Shown here in pieces: positions 49,572 to 60,238 of a stretch of 64,000 nt of DNA. How positions within the stretch are numbered: the stretch's first letter is position 1; each line of letters starts with the position of its first letter. Position numbers and translations under genes: made by a program. The notes under the pieces are model-generated. The model was not told where the DNA came from. It saw only the letters and a program-made list of their open reading frames with translations, and made no database searches. The DNA is taken from assembly GCA_028599115.1 (NCBI GenBank), contig JAQRMR010000099.1, positions 14,197-78,196 on the forward strand, in the 5' to 3' direction. Source of the DNA: Methyloprofundus sp. (lineage in GTDB: Bacteria > Pseudomonadota > Gammaproteobacteria > Methylococcales > Methylomonadaceae).

Positions 49572-50600
49572 ATGATCATGCGCACCTTAGTTGGATTAAT
49601 TTTTTTCTTCATGTTTAGCTTTATCTGCACCGCGGATGTCGTCAAAATCAACTCCGATCATCCCACTAAACATATAGTAGTTAAGGGTGATACCCTTTGG
49701 GATATCTCGGCTAGATTTTTAGAAAATCCTTGGGAATGGCCAAAAGTCTGGCGTCATAACAGCCAAATCAAAAACCCTCATCTCATTTATCCAGGCGACA
49801 TCATTACCCTTTGCTTTATTAATAACCAACCTATGCTTTGTGTTAATTCAGAAGATCGTTTGCAGCCGAGAATTCGCTACGAAGATCACGAACCCCAAGC
49901 CATTGCTATGATTCCAATGGATGTGATTCGCCCTTTTTTAATCTCCCCAAAAGTTTTAAACGAAGACGAGCTAAATAACGCACCCTATATTGTTGCCTTT
50001 GCTGACGAACATATCATCGCCGGTACTGATGCTAATATTTATGTGCGCTCAATATTAAAAAGAGAGTTTATGCGCTACACAACTTACCGTGTTGGCGAAA
50101 CCTATAAAGACCCTGATACAGATGAAATACTAGGCTACCAAGCGATACATATTGCTGACAATAGCATTATTTCTCTTGGCGACCCTGCAACCTTAAGCAC
50201 CACTCGCGCTCTACGTGAAGTTCGCTTAGGTGACCATTTAATGCCTGCCGAAGAAACTGAGTTTAACTTTAACTTTTACCCTATTGCCCCTAAAGAAAAA
50301 ATAAAAACCACGATTATTGCAAGCAAGACAGAATCCCAAGAAATCGGGCAGTTTGATGTCGTTGTCTTAAGCAAAGGCGCAAAAGATGGACTTAAAACAG
50401 GACATATACTTGACATCATCCAAGAGGGCAAGTTAATCAGAGACCCTTATAACAAAACAGGGTATGAACTAGTGAAACTGCCTGATAGTAAATCCGGCTC
50501 TGTCCTTGTCTTTCGTACCTTTGATCGCGTTAGTTACGCCTTAATTATGCATGCTACAAAAAATATTCGCTTATTAGATAAGGCAAATACTCCTGAATAA
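49572..50600 (+). CDS. LysM peptidoglycan-binding protein (TsaP-like)
   Basis: Signal peptide, VVKGDTLWDIS..PWEWP..NPHLIYPGD; conserved position before dprA. Confidence 0.85.
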   Translation: MIMRTLVGLIFFFMFSFICTADVVKINSDHPTKHIVVKGDTLWDISARFLENPWEWPKVWRHNSQIKNPHLIYPGDIITLCFINNQPMLCVNSEDRLQPRIRYEDHEPQAIAMIPMDVIRPFLISPKVLNEDELNNAPYIVAFADEHIIAGTDANIYVRSILKREFMRYTTYRVGETYKDPDTDEILGYQAIHIADNSIISLGDPATLSTTRALREVRLGDHLMPAEETEFNFNFYPIAPKEKIKTTIIASKTESQEIGQFDVVVLSKGAKDGLKTGHILDIIQEGKLIRDPYNKTGYELVKLPDSKSGSVLVFRTFDRVSYALIMHATKNIRLLDKANTPE

Positions 50601-50613
50601 TCACTCTCAACTA

Positions 50614-51702
50614 GTGGAGCAAAAGCATTGGCTGATGCTTTTGCGCACTCCAGGCGTGGGTAGCAGAACTTTTTTAAAATGCCTCGCCCATTACACACCT
50701 GAGGTATTATTCTCAACCCCGCGTGAAACATTACTCCAACTAGGCCTAAAAAATAAAATAGTCGATGCCCTTAAAAACCCACAATGGGATTTGATTAAGG
50801 CTGATTTAGTTTGGCTAGCACAAGAAAATAATCACGCTATTCTGTACAGTGATGCAAACTACCCTCAGCAATTAAAAGAAATAGCCGACCCTCCTCCTAT
50901 TCTATTTGCTCGTGGCGATATCGATTTAATTCACTTCCCACAAATCGCCATTGTCGGTAGCCGCAACCCCTCGCAATCTGGCCTACAAATCGCTTATGAA
51001 TTCGCTGAAAGCTTAGCAAATTCAGGGTTTACTATTACCAGCGGACTAGCACTAGGCATCGATGCCGCCAGCCATAAAGGCGCACTGAGTGCACAAGGGG
51101 CAACCATTGCCGTCACAGGCACCGGCTTAGATCGCGTTTACCCCGCCGCACATAAAAGCTTAGCCACCGACATTGCCGCTACCGGTGTGATTCTCTCTGA
51201 GTTCCCCCCAGGCACTTTGGCAAAAGCAAATCACTTTCCACGTCGTAACCGCATTATTAGCGGCTTATGTATGGGCTTACTCGTTGTAGAAGCTGCCCAA
51301 AAAAGCGGCTCCCTCATAACCGCACGCATGGCTTTAGAGCAAAATAGAGAGGTTTTTGCCATTCCTGGCTCCATCTACAATCCTTTAGCCCGTGGCTGCA
51401 ATGCTTTAATTCGCCAAGGGGCAAAACTAGTTGAGACCACACAAGATATTTTAGAAGAGCTAGCACCGCATATTAATGACAGGCCGTTACCACAACAAAT
51501 GGAGAAGGCAGCTGAAACAAACCCACTATCAACAGAACAACAAAAGCTATTAAATCATATAGAGTTTTCACCCACTTTAATCGACCAGCTAGTTCTTACA
51601 ACACAATTAAGTGTCGATAATATTAGCTCGCACTTGCTCATATTAGAATTACAAGGGTATATTAGTCCTACTCACGGTGGTGGCTACCAACGTAATAAGT
51701 AG
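50614..51702 (+). CDS. dprA: DNA processing protein DprA
   Basis: AIVGSR, SGLALGID, FPRRNRIISG, SGSLITA. Confidence 0.96.
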   Translation: MEQKHWLMLLRTPGVGSRTFLKCLAHYTPEVLFSTPRETLLQLGLKNKIVDALKNPQWDLIKADLVWLAQENNHAILYSDANYPQQLKEIADPPPILFARGDIDLIHFPQIAIVGSRNPSQSGLQIAYEFAESLANSGFTITSGLALGIDAASHKGALSAQGATIAVTGTGLDRVYPAAHKSLATDIAATGVILSEFPPGTLAKANHFPRRNRIISGLCMGLLVVEAAQKSGSLITARMALEQNREVFAIPGSIYNPLARGCNALIRQGAKLVETTQDILEELAPHINDRPLPQQMEKAAETNPLSTEQQKLLNHIEFSPTLIDQLVLTTQLSVDNISSHLLILELQGYISPTHGGGYQRNK

Positions 51703-51790
51703 TCAGCACTTAGGATCACGTACAAAATCAGTGACTAAACTTATTTCGTACCCATCTCTTAATTAAATTGCCGCAAAAGACAATAACAGA

Positions 51791-52258
51791 ATGAATGAAG
51801 ATATTTTCGACGTTTTAATTTACCTATTTGAAAATTATATGAATAGCGAAGTTGAAACCACCCCAGATTCTGATGAATTAAAAACCGAACTGAAAGAAGT
51901 CGGCTTTACCAACAACTGCATTAACAAAGCATTTGATTGGCTTGATTCTCTCGCATTACAAGAAGAATCAGAGTTCAAATCAGCAAAAAATTTCCGCATT
52001 TTTTGTACTGAAGAAACTCAAAAATTAGACTTAGAATGCCGAGATTTTCTAATGTTTCTAGAACGTTTAAACATCTTAACGCCTAACACACGAGAACTGG
52101 TTATCGACAGAGCGATGGCCATCGAAGAGCCGCTTATTTCTATTGAAGAACTTAAGTGGATTTCTTTAATTGTTTTATTAAGCCAACCCGATGATGAAAT
52201 TGCCATTGCACACATGGAAAACATTATCTACCAAGAAGCTTCGGCTCTTTTAAATTAA
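51791..52258 (+). CDS. smg: Protein Smg (DUF494)
   Basis: FDVLIYLFENY, KAFDWL, RELVIDRAMA. Confidence 0.92.
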   Translation: MNEDIFDVLIYLFENYMNSEVETTPDSDELKTELKEVGFTNNCINKAFDWLDSLALQEESEFKSAKNFRIFCTEETQKLDLECRDFLMFLERLNILTPNTRELVIDRAMAIEEPLISIEELKWISLIVLLSQPDDEIAIAHMENIIYQEASALLN

Positions 52259-52275
52259 ACAAAAACACACGTCGT

Positions 52276-54594
52276 ATGAGCAAAAATTTAATTATTGTAG
52301 AATCACCTGCAAAATCAAAAACAATTGAAAAATACCTAGGAAAAGACTTTCAGGTTCTTGCATCTTTTGGTCACCTACGTGATTTAATCCCTAAAGAAGG
52401 CGCCGTTGACCCTGAAAACGATTTTGCCATGAAATATCAAGTGCAAGATCGAAATCAACGCCACTTACAAGCGATTACCAAGGCATTAAAAGGCGTAGAC
52501 ACTTTATATCTCGCGACCGATCCAGATAGAGAAGGAGAGGCTATTTCTTGGCATTTACTAGAAATGCTTAAAGATAAAAAATTACTTAAAAAGAAAGAAG
52601 TTCGCCGTGTTGTATTTCATGAAATCACTAAAAAAGCCGTGACTCATGCCATTGCCAACCCTGGTGAAATTGATACTAATTTAGTTGATGCACAGCAGGC
52701 ACGACGTGCGCTAGATTATTTAGTTGGTTTTAATTTATCACCTTTATTATGGAAAAAAATTCGCCGTGGCTTATCAGCAGGCCGCGTACAAAGCCCTGCA
52801 TTACGTATGATTGTAGAGCGCGAACTTGAAATTGAAGCCTTTAAAACCAAAGAATACTGGTCGATCACTGCAAAACTAACACAAGAAAAACAAGCTTTTA
52901 AAGCTAAACTAACACATTTCAAAGGCGAAAAACTTAGCCAATTCAGCATCACTAATGATGAACAAGCCGTTGCCACACAAGCCGAACTAGAAAAAGCTGC
53001 TAATGGTCACTTAGAAGTTGCTAACCTAGAAAAGAAACAACGAAAACGCAACCCATCACCCCCCTTCATTACCTCAACTTTACAACAAGAAGCAGCACGT
53101 AAATTAGGCTTTACCACTAAGCGCACCATGATGGTTGCACAGCAACTTTATGAAGGAATAGACATTGGTGGCGGAGAAACAAGCGGTTTAATTACCTATA
53201 TGCGTACTGATTCGGTTAATTTAGCCGCTGAAGCACTAGAGAATATTCGTGCTTTAATCAGTGAAAAATATGGTGCTGATCAAGTACCTAAAGAACCGCG
53301 CTCATTTAAAACAAAATCTAAAAATGCACAAGAGGCTCATGAAGCAGTTCGCCCTACCTTGGCACAGCAGACACCAGCTGATTTAAAAAAATACCTTTCT
53401 AGCGATCAGCTTAAGCTCTATGATTTGATTTGGAAACGTACTGTCGCCTGCCAAATGATTCACGCCACTATCAACACCGTGTCTGTCGATTTAAATTGCG
53501 GTAGTGACAAAAATGTATTTCGGGCAACGGGTTCAGTTATTGCGAAACCTGGCTTTATGGCTGTCTATTTAGAAGGCCAAGATGACAGTAAAGAAGGTGA
53601 TGACAAAGAAACCTTTTTGCCTGCAATGAAAAAAGGTGACAGCATCCCTTTAGATGCTATCGTCACCAACCAACACTTTACCGAGCCACCACCTCGCTAT
53701 AGTGAGGCGAGCTTAGTTAAAGCGCTAGAAGAGCATGGCATTGGCCGTCCTTCTACCTATGCCTCTATTATTTCTACACTACAAAACCGTGAATACGTTA
53801 CTTTAGATAAAAAACGTTTTTATCCGACAGATGTAGGTCGTATCGTTGCAAAGTTTTTAACCGACCACTTTACTCAGTATGTCGATTACAACTTTACCGC
53901 TAAATTAGAAGATAATTTAGATGCCGTTTCTCGTGGCGAAAAAGATTGGGTTCCATTAATGAGCGCATTCTGGAAACCTTTCACTAAGCTGATTCATGAA
54001 AAAGAGGAATCTGTTCAACGTAAAGATGTTACTCAAGAAGCGATTGATGAAAAATGCCCCGAGTGTGGCAAACAACTTTCTATCCGCTTAGGTCGCAACG
54101 GTCGGTTTATCGGCTGCACAGATTACCCTACTTGCTCTTATACACGGAATCTGAATGATGATGGCACTGAATCAAATGAGCCTGAAATTGTTGCCGATAG
54201 AAAATGTCCTAGCTGTGAATCTGAACTCGTTATTAAAGCAGGACGATATGGTAAGTTCATTGGCTGTAGCTCTTATCCTAAATGTAAGCATATTGAGCCA
54301 CTAGAGAAACCTTTAGATACCGGCGTTGAATGCCCTAAATGCACAAAAGGCAGCATTTTAAAACGTAAATCACGTTACGGGAAGATTTTTTATTCCTGTT
54401 CGGACTACCCAAAATGTGATTACGCCTTATGGAATGTTCCAGTCAAAGAGCCTTGCCCTGCCTGTGAGTGGCCAATCTTAACTTTAAAAACCACAAAACG
54501 TCGTGGCCCTGAAAAAGTCTGCCCACAAAAAGAATGTAAATACGCAACACCGTATGAGGGAGACCCAGAAGATATTAATGGCCCAAAAAGCTAA
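52276..54594 (+). CDS. topA: DNA topoisomerase I with C-terminal zinc ribbons
   Basis: IVESPAK, ATDPDREGE, SAGRVQ, ITYMRTDS, GIGRPSTY, four CxxC ribbons. Confidence 0.98.
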   Translation: MSKNLIIVESPAKSKTIEKYLGKDFQVLASFGHLRDLIPKEGAVDPENDFAMKYQVQDRNQRHLQAITKALKGVDTLYLATDPDREGEAISWHLLEMLKDKKLLKKKEVRRVVFHEITKKAVTHAIANPGEIDTNLVDAQQARRALDYLVGFNLSPLLWKKIRRGLSAGRVQSPALRMIVERELEIEAFKTKEYWSITAKLTQEKQAFKAKLTHFKGEKLSQFSITNDEQAVATQAELEKAANGHLEVANLEKKQRKRNPSPPFITSTLQQEAARKLGFTTKRTMMVAQQLYEGIDIGGGETSGLITYMRTDSVNLAAEALENIRALISEKYGADQVPKEPRSFKTKSKNAQEAHEAVRPTLAQQTPADLKKYLSSDQLKLYDLIWKRTVACQMIHATINTVSVDLNCGSDKNVFRATGSVIAKPGFMAVYLEGQDDSKEGDDKETFLPAMKKGDSIPLDAIVTNQHFTEPPPRYSEASLVKALEEHGIGRPSTYASIISTLQNREYVTLDKKRFYPTDVGRIVAKFLTDHFTQYVDYNFTAKLEDNLDAVSRGEKDWVPLMSAFWKPFTKLIHEKEESVQRKDVTQEAIDEKCPECGKQLSIRLGRNGRFIGCTDYPTCSYTRNLNDDGTESNEPEIVADRKCPSCESELVIKAGRYGKFIGCSSYPKCKHIEPLEKPLDTGVECPKCTKGSILKRKSRYGKIFYSCSDYPKCDYALWNVPVKEPCPACEWPILTLKTTKRRGPEKVCPQKECKYATPYEGDPEDINGPKS

Positions 54595-54602
54595 AACTAA
54601 GC

Positions 54603-54669
54603 GATGCTGCCTCTAGCATAGGGGCAGCATCAGCTATTTAAAGTATAGGCATCTATTTTTAGATGCCTA
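54603..54669. terminator. Two hairpins between convergent topA and alr
   Basis: GATGCTGCC..GGCAGCATC (54603-54631) and TAGGCATCTA/TAGATGCCTA (54646-54669). Confidence 0.6.
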
Positions 54670-54692
54670 CTAGTGATTAGTCGCTAAACCAT

Positions 54693-55766
54693 CTAGATTA
54701 TAGAAGTTTTCACTCGTGCAGTAATACCGCACATTAATGTATAAGCAATTGTATCTGCACAATCCGCAATTTCATCAATGGGCAAACCCTCGCCCCATAA
54801 AATAGCCTGATCGCCTATTTTCACTGAACTACACCCAGTAACATCAACCGTTAACATATCCATTGATACCCGCCCAATTAACAAGGCACGCTGCTGGTTA
54901 ATCAATACCGGCGTACTTGATTTTGCATGTCGAGGATAACCATCCCCATAACCTGCAGAAATAACCGCTATTTGTGTATCTTTAGGCGCAACCCAAGTAC
55001 TACCATAGCCTACCGCTACACCTTTTTTTATTTCTTTAAGCGCAATCACACGCGCACAAAACTGCATGACAGGCTTTAACCCTAACGCTTGTGCACTTTC
55101 ATTGATCATTGGTGACGCGCCATAAAGCATTAACCCCGCACGATTCCAGTCTAAATGTGCAGATGGCCAAGCAACAATAGCCGCCGAATTGGCAATGCTT
55201 CTTGCACCACTTTCCGAACCAATCGTCGCCAAAAAACACGCTTCTTGTTGCTTTGTTTTCGCATCATTTCGGTTGTCTGCATTCGCAAAATGCGTCATAA
55301 ATTTAATATCATGAGCAACAGCTCTTAAGCGCGCTAATAATGATTTAAATTGCGCAGGCTGAACTCCTAAGCGATTCATCCCTGTGTCTATTTTTAGCCA
55401 CACCGAAAGTTTTGCGCTTACTGGCTGGTTTTCTAATAGCTCAATTTGATAGTCAGAATGCACCACCGCATCCAGTTTTTGCTGCAGAAAAACATTCAGC
55501 TCCTCTGCTTGCGAAAACCCTTGTAACACAAGGATCTTTTGCTTAATACCCGCATCTCTTAAAGCGACCGCCTCATCAAGCCGAGCGACAGCAAATGCAT
55601 CAACCTCAGCTGCTAAAATTTGTGCAACAACGAGCGCACCATGTCCGTAAGCATTTGCTTTAATAACTGCAATTAATTTAGATTTTGGTGCATATTCACG
55701 TGCTTTTCGCGCATTATGCTGCAATGCTGTACTACTTAATTCAACCGATGCAGCAACAGGGATCAC
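54693..55766 (-). CDS. alr: Alanine racemase
   Basis: AVIKANAYGHG, KIDTGMNRLG, GYGDGYPR, GRVSMDM. Confidence 0.97.
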   Translation of the reverse strand: MIPVAASVELSSTALQHNARKAREYAPKSKLIAVIKANAYGHGALVVAQILAAEVDAFAVARLDEAVALRDAGIKQKILVLQGFSQAEELNVFLQQKLDAVVHSDYQIELLENQPVSAKLSVWLKIDTGMNRLGVQPAQFKSLLARLRAVAHDIKFMTHFANADNRNDAKTKQQEACFLATIGSESGARSIANSAAIVAWPSAHLDWNRAGLMLYGASPMINESAQALGLKPVMQFCARVIALKEIKKGVAVGYGSTWVAPKDTQIAVISAGYGDGYPRHAKSSTPVLINQQRALLIGRVSMDMLTVDVTGCSSVKIGDQAILWGEGLPIDEIADCADTIAYTLMCGITARVKTSII

Positions 55767-57157
55767 TCATAATCCCCTTCAGAATAAGGATTATGCGCAC
55801 AATTTTCAAAACGTGTATATTTTCCTAAGAAAGTTAAGCGCGCCGTTCCAATCGGTCCATTTCTTTGCTTGCCGATAATGATTTCCGCGGTTCCTTTATC
55901 AGGACTGTCTTCGTTATACACCTCATCTCGATAGACAAACATAATCACATCGGCATCCTGCTCGATACTTCCTGACTCCCTTAAATCCGACATAACCGGC
56001 CGTTTATTAGGGCGCTGCTCTAAATTACGGTTTAGCTGAGATAAAGCCACAACTGGCACATTAAGTTCTTTTGCTAAGGTTTTTAAGCCACGAGAAATAT
56101 CTGAAATTTGTGCAACTCGACTTTCCCCACTGGATGGCGATTGCATCAACTGTAAATAATCTAAGACAATCAAGCCTAACTGCCCATGATCTCTCGTTAA
56201 TCGCCTCGCTCTTGAACGCACTTCACTGGGTGTTAAAGCCGCTGTATCATCAATAAATAGCTTAGTTTCTGCTAATAAATTAATGGCCGAGGTTAATCGC
56301 GGCCATTCATCATCATCTAATTTTCCTGTTCGTACTTTATTTTGGTCGATACGCCCTAATGAAGACATCATCCGCATCGCTAAAGAATCACCCGGCATCT
56401 CCATACTAAAAACAGCAACTGGTAACCCACTACCCACCGCTGCATTTTCCGCCATATTCATAGCAATCGTGGTTTTCCCCATTGATGGGCGACCTGCGAC
56501 AATAACTAAATCACCGCGCTGTAAGCCTGAGGTCATCTCATCTAAATCAGTAAATCCTGTACTGACACCCGTGATATTTCCTTCTTGCTCAAACAGTGTT
56601 TCAATTTTTTCAACTGCCGTTCCCAGCAAATCTTTAATGGAAATAAAACCTGCCTGTCCCTTTTGTCTTTGCTCGGCAATTTCAAAAACATTCTTTTCCG
56701 CTGATTCTAATAAATCACTAGTTGTCCTACCTTCGGGTAAAAATACTGACTCCGAAATATCCGTACCAATGTGTATCAACTGCCTTAATACCGAGCGATC
56801 TCTAACGATGTTCGCATAAGAAACAATATTTGCCGCACTCGGTGTTTCTTTGGCCAAAACACTTAAATAAGCTAAACCACCCGCTTCTTCTAACTCATCT
56901 ATTTTCCGTAGTGCTTCAGAAATAGTGACCACATCAAAAGGCTCTTGTTTTTCCGCTAAATCCGCAATTGCCTGAAAAATAACCCGATGATCTTTACGGT
57001 AAAAATCACTATCAACAACCTTATCTGCCACCGTATCCCAGCGCTCATTGTCCAGCATTAACCCCCCCAAAACAGACTGTTCTGCTTGAATAGAATGAGG
57101 AGGGATTTTTAATGATTCAACCGCCCTATCGCGCATTTGATATTCACTACTAGACAT
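55763..57157 (-). CDS. dnaB: Replicative DNA helicase (no intein)
   Basis: PPHSIQAEQSVLGG, GRPSMGKT, DYLQL, SQLNR, DLRESGSIEQDAD. Confidence 0.98.
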   Translation of the reverse strand: MSSSEYQMRDRAVESLKIPPHSIQAEQSVLGGLMLDNERWDTVADKVVDSDFYRKDHRVIFQAIADLAEKQEPFDVVTISEALRKIDELEEAGGLAYLSVLAKETPSAANIVSYANIVRDRSVLRQLIHIGTDISESVFLPEGRTTSDLLESAEKNVFEIAEQRQKGQAGFISIKDLLGTAVEKIETLFEQEGNITGVSTGFTDLDEMTSGLQRGDLVIVAGRPSMGKTTIAMNMAENAAVGSGLPVAVFSMEMPGDSLAMRMMSSLGRIDQNKVRTGKLDDDEWPRLTSAINLLAETKLFIDDTAALTPSEVRSRARRLTRDHGQLGLIVLDYLQLMQSPSSGESRVAQISDISRGLKTLAKELNVPVVALSQLNRNLEQRPNKRPVMSDLRESGSIEQDADVIMFVYRDEVYNEDSPDKGTAEIIIGKQRNGPIGTARLTFLGKYTRFENCAHNPYSEGDYE

Positions 57158-57198
57158 TTTATTTTCTCAATTAAGGTTGTAACATAAAGTTATGGCAT

Positions 57199-57237
57199 AA
57201 AAAAAGGGCTGCAATTTTTCAATTACAACCCTTTTTT
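57199..57237 (-). terminator. rplM-rpsI terminator
   Basis: Minus strand GGGTTGTAATT-GAAA-AATTGCAGCCC followed by T7. Confidence 0.75.
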
Positions 57238-57302
57238 GCGATCGATTATGACTGCATTTAAAATGAGCAAACTCATTATAAACACAGCATATCGATAAGC
57301 GA

Positions 57303-57695
57303 TTAACGTTTTGAGTACTGAGGACGTTTTCTCGCTTTGTGTAAACCAACTTTTTTACGCTCAACTTCACGTGAATCACGAGTAACAAAACCCGCTTTTC
57401 TAAGTTGAGGACGTAAAGTTTCATCGTAAACCATTAACGCACGAGTTAAGCCGTGACGAATTGCGCCAGCTTGTCCTGAAGGACCGCTGCCTGTAACAGT
57501 TACGTTTACATCAAATTTATCTGCTAATTCTAGTAATTCTAATGGTTGTAATGAAACCATTTCGTCAGTCTTACGACCAAAATAATCAGCAAGTGCTTTA
57601 CCATTTACTGTGAATTTACCAGTACCTGACTCTGCGTAAACACGTGCGATTGCACTTTTACGACGTCCTGTTCCGTAATATTGAGCTTCTGCCAT
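57303..57695 (-). CDS. rpsI: 30S ribosomal protein S9
   Basis: [26 protein letters not shown]. Confidence 0.98.
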   Translation of the reverse strand: MAEAQYYGTGRRKSAIARVYAESGTGKFTVNGKALADYFGRKTDEMVSLQPLELLELADKFDVNVTVTGSGPSGQAGAIRHGLTRALMVYDETLRPQLRKAGFVTRDSREVERKKVGLHKARKRPQYSKR

Positions 57696-57715
57696 GATAT
57701 TAACCTGTTAGTTGC

Positions 57716-58144
57716 CTAAAGTTCTAAAACTTTAGGTTGTTGAGCTTGATGACCATGTTCAGGGCCTGCATAAATTTTTAGCTTAGTAAACATTGCACGA
57801 CCTAAAGGGTTACGTGGCAACATTCCTTTAACCGCATTACTAATAATACGATCAGGAAAAGTTTCTCTTAACTTTCCTAAGCTAACTGATTTTAAGTTAC
57901 CAACATAACCAGTATGGTGATAATACATTTTATCTTTTTCTTTATTGCCTGTTACGCCAATTTTTTCAGCGTTAATCACGATAATATAGTCACCTGTATC
58001 AACATGTGGCGTATATTCTGGCTTATGTTTCCCACGAAGGCGTCGTGCTACTTCGGTAGCTAGGCGACCTAAAGTCTTGCCTTCAGCGTCGATTACGTAC
58101 CAATCGCGCTTTACTTCAGCGGGTTTTGCGCTAAATGTTTTCAT
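57716..58144 (-). CDS. rplM: 50S ribosomal protein L13
   Basis: [23 protein letters not shown]. Confidence 0.98.
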   Translation of the reverse strand: MKTFSAKPAEVKRDWYVIDAEGKTLGRLATEVARRLRGKHKPEYTPHVDTGDYIIVINAEKIGVTGNKEKDKMYYHHTGYVGNLKSVSLGKLRETFPDRIISNAVKGMLPRNPLGRAMFTKLKIYAGPEHGHQAQQPKVLEL

Positions 58145-58181
58145 ATTTATATCTTTTATTAAGATTTCAAGTTAGCCGCAT

Positions 58182-58210
58182 ATCATACTAAAATTATCCC
58201 CCCCTATCAA
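58182..58210 (-). promoter_or_regulatory. rplM promoter
   Basis: TTGATA-17 bp-TATGAT. Confidence 0.7.
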
Positions 58211-58243
58211 GTCCAAACCATAAAAACATCATACAATTCAAGC

Positions 58244-59854
58244 TCATTTCTTCTTTAGAATATCCAGCGCTATTGCCTCTGCTATTTTAATGCCATCCAC
58301 AGCAGCAGAAAGTATTCCACCTGCGTAACCAGCTCCTTCTCCCGCCGGGTAAAAGCCTGCCGTATTAATGCTTTCTAGGCTGAAATTATCTCGTTTTACG
58401 CGCACAGGCGATGAGGTGCGCGTTTCTACTGCGGTCAATAAAGCATCTGCCATCGCAAAGCCACGTATTTTTTTATCGAAAGCGGGAATGGCTTCTTTTA
58501 ACGCTTCAACCGCATATTTCGGCAGACTTTCACTTAAATCAACCAACTTAATTCCTGGCTTATACGATGGCTCAACACTACCTAACTGAGTACTTGCACG
58601 CCCTTTTAAAAAATCACCCACTAACTGTGCTGGCGCAGTGTAATCTTCACCGCCTAATATAAAGGCTTGCTCTTCTAGTTTATTTTGTAGTGCCAAACCA
58701 GCTAACGGGTCATTCGGGTAGTCTTTTTCAGGATCAATACCCACCACAATCGCACTATTGGCATTGCGCTCATTACGTGAATATTGGCTCATACCATTAG
58801 TGACTACTTTGCCTTTTTCAGAAGTAGCCGCAACAACCGTCCCACCGGGGCACATGCAAAAACTATAAACTGAACGGCCATTCTTACAGTGATGCACTAA
58901 TTTATAATCTGCCGCCCCTAGCAAGTCATTTCCGGCATAATCACCAAAACGACATTCATCAATCAAAGATTGCGGGTGTTCAATTCTAAAGCCAATCGAA
59001 AAAGGCTTAGCTTCAACATAAATGCCTTTATCAAAAATCATTTTAAAAGTATCACGCGCACTATGCCCAACTGCAAAGGCAATATGCCGACTTGCCAACA
59101 CTTCGCCGCTTGCCAGCCGCACACCTTGTGTTTGCTTATTTTTAATTAGAACTTCATCAACTCGCTGTTCAAATCGGATTTCACCCCCTAAAGATTCGAT
59201 GGTTTCGCGCATTTTTTCTACCATAGAAACCAATTTAAACGTGCCTATATGCGGCTTACTTAAATATAAAATTTCTTCTGGCGCACCGGCCGCAACAAAC
59301 TCATTGAGCACTTTACGCCCATGGTGTTTCGCATCTTTAATTTGTGTATACAATTTGCCATCGGAAAAAGTACCTGCTCCTCCTTCACCAAACTGCACAT
59401 TAGATTCTTCATTTAATTCGCGCTTACGCCATAAAGCAAAGGTATCGACTGTGCGTTTTCGCACTTCTTTACCACGCTCTAAAATAATGGGCTTAAAGCC
59501 CATTTGCGCCAAAACTAAGCCTGCAAACAAACCACACGGCCCTAAACCTACAACAATAGGCCGCTCACTTAAATCTTCCGGGGCTTTAGTGACAAATTGA
59601 TAGCGATCATCAGGACGCATTTTAATTTGCGCATCATCCTTAAAGCGCTCTAAGAGCTGTGTATTTAAGCTAGTATCGATATCCAAACTATAGATAAAAA
59701 AGATAGTTCTTTTTTGCCGCGCATCGTAACTGCGCTTATATACTTGATAATTTAGCAGTTCAGCGTCTTTAATCGCCAAGCGTTGCAAAATTTCGGCGCG
59801 CAACTCTTGCTCTGTATGTTCCAGGGGGAGTTTTAGATTACTTAGGCGTAACAT
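58244..59854 (-). CDS. Uncharacterised NAD(P)/FAD-dependent oxidoreductase
   Basis: VGLGPCG, QFGEGGAGTFSDGKL, FCMCPGG, ETRTSSP, GEGAGYAGGI. Confidence 0.9.
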   Translation of the reverse strand: MLRLSNLKLPLEHTEQELRAEILQRLAIKDAELLNYQVYKRSYDARQKRTIFFIYSLDIDTSLNTQLLERFKDDAQIKMRPDDRYQFVTKAPEDLSERPIVVGLGPCGLFAGLVLAQMGFKPIILERGKEVRKRTVDTFALWRKRELNEESNVQFGEGGAGTFSDGKLYTQIKDAKHHGRKVLNEFVAAGAPEEILYLSKPHIGTFKLVSMVEKMRETIESLGGEIRFEQRVDEVLIKNKQTQGVRLASGEVLASRHIAFAVGHSARDTFKMIFDKGIYVEAKPFSIGFRIEHPQSLIDECRFGDYAGNDLLGAADYKLVHHCKNGRSVYSFCMCPGGTVVAATSEKGKVVTNGMSQYSRNERNANSAIVVGIDPEKDYPNDPLAGLALQNKLEEQAFILGGEDYTAPAQLVGDFLKGRASTQLGSVEPSYKPGIKLVDLSESLPKYAVEALKEAIPAFDKKIRGFAMADALLTAVETRTSSPVRVKRDNFSLESINTAGFYPAGEGAGYAGGILSAAVDGIKIAEAIALDILKKK

Positions 59855-59885
59855 GATGTTTTATTGATAAAGAATATGTGTGCGT

Positions 59886-60203
59886 TTATTGTATACGATA
59901 CGGGTCTAGTTGTATTGAATCGATCTGCCTTGCATGCATGGTAATCATGCCTCGGTAACGATCTCCTCCTGTTGCAGAAAATTCAAACTGATAGCGTCGT
60001 ACCCACTGCCAATTTCCTGCTGCATTTTTACCCAGTGTTAATTTAATCAGCGCAATATAACCATCTAGCATCTGCAACTCTAATTCATCACAATGTCTTT
60101 TTGTTGCTCGCCAAGCAATTTCTTTAATTTTTTGTGAACTTTGCCAATAAAGAAAAGCAACCGTCATCAAAAAAATTCCTGTAATCTCAAACCACATTTT
60201 CAC
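59886..60203 (-). CDS. DUF3301-like small membrane-anchored protein
   Basis: N-terminal TM, C..LELQMLD, YQFEFSATGGDRYRG. Confidence 0.75.
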   Translation of the reverse strand: MKMWFEITGIFLMTVAFLYWQSSQKIKEIAWRATKRHCDELELQMLDGYIALIKLTLGKNAAGNWQWVRRYQFEFSATGGDRYRGMITMHARQIDSIQLDPYRIQ

Positions 60204-60238
60204 TTTCCTTCATTTCAGGGTTCAAAATATTCGCCCAA

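Noticed and set aside
56283-56819. 178-aa + strand ORF
   Set aside because: Fully antisense to dnaB with no RBS or recognisable motif. The same applies to 59022-59600 and the other antisense or nested ORFs inside core genes.
57167-57424. 85-aa ORF overlapping the rpsI 3' end
   Set aside because: An alternative frame that runs through the rpsI terminator; no family features.
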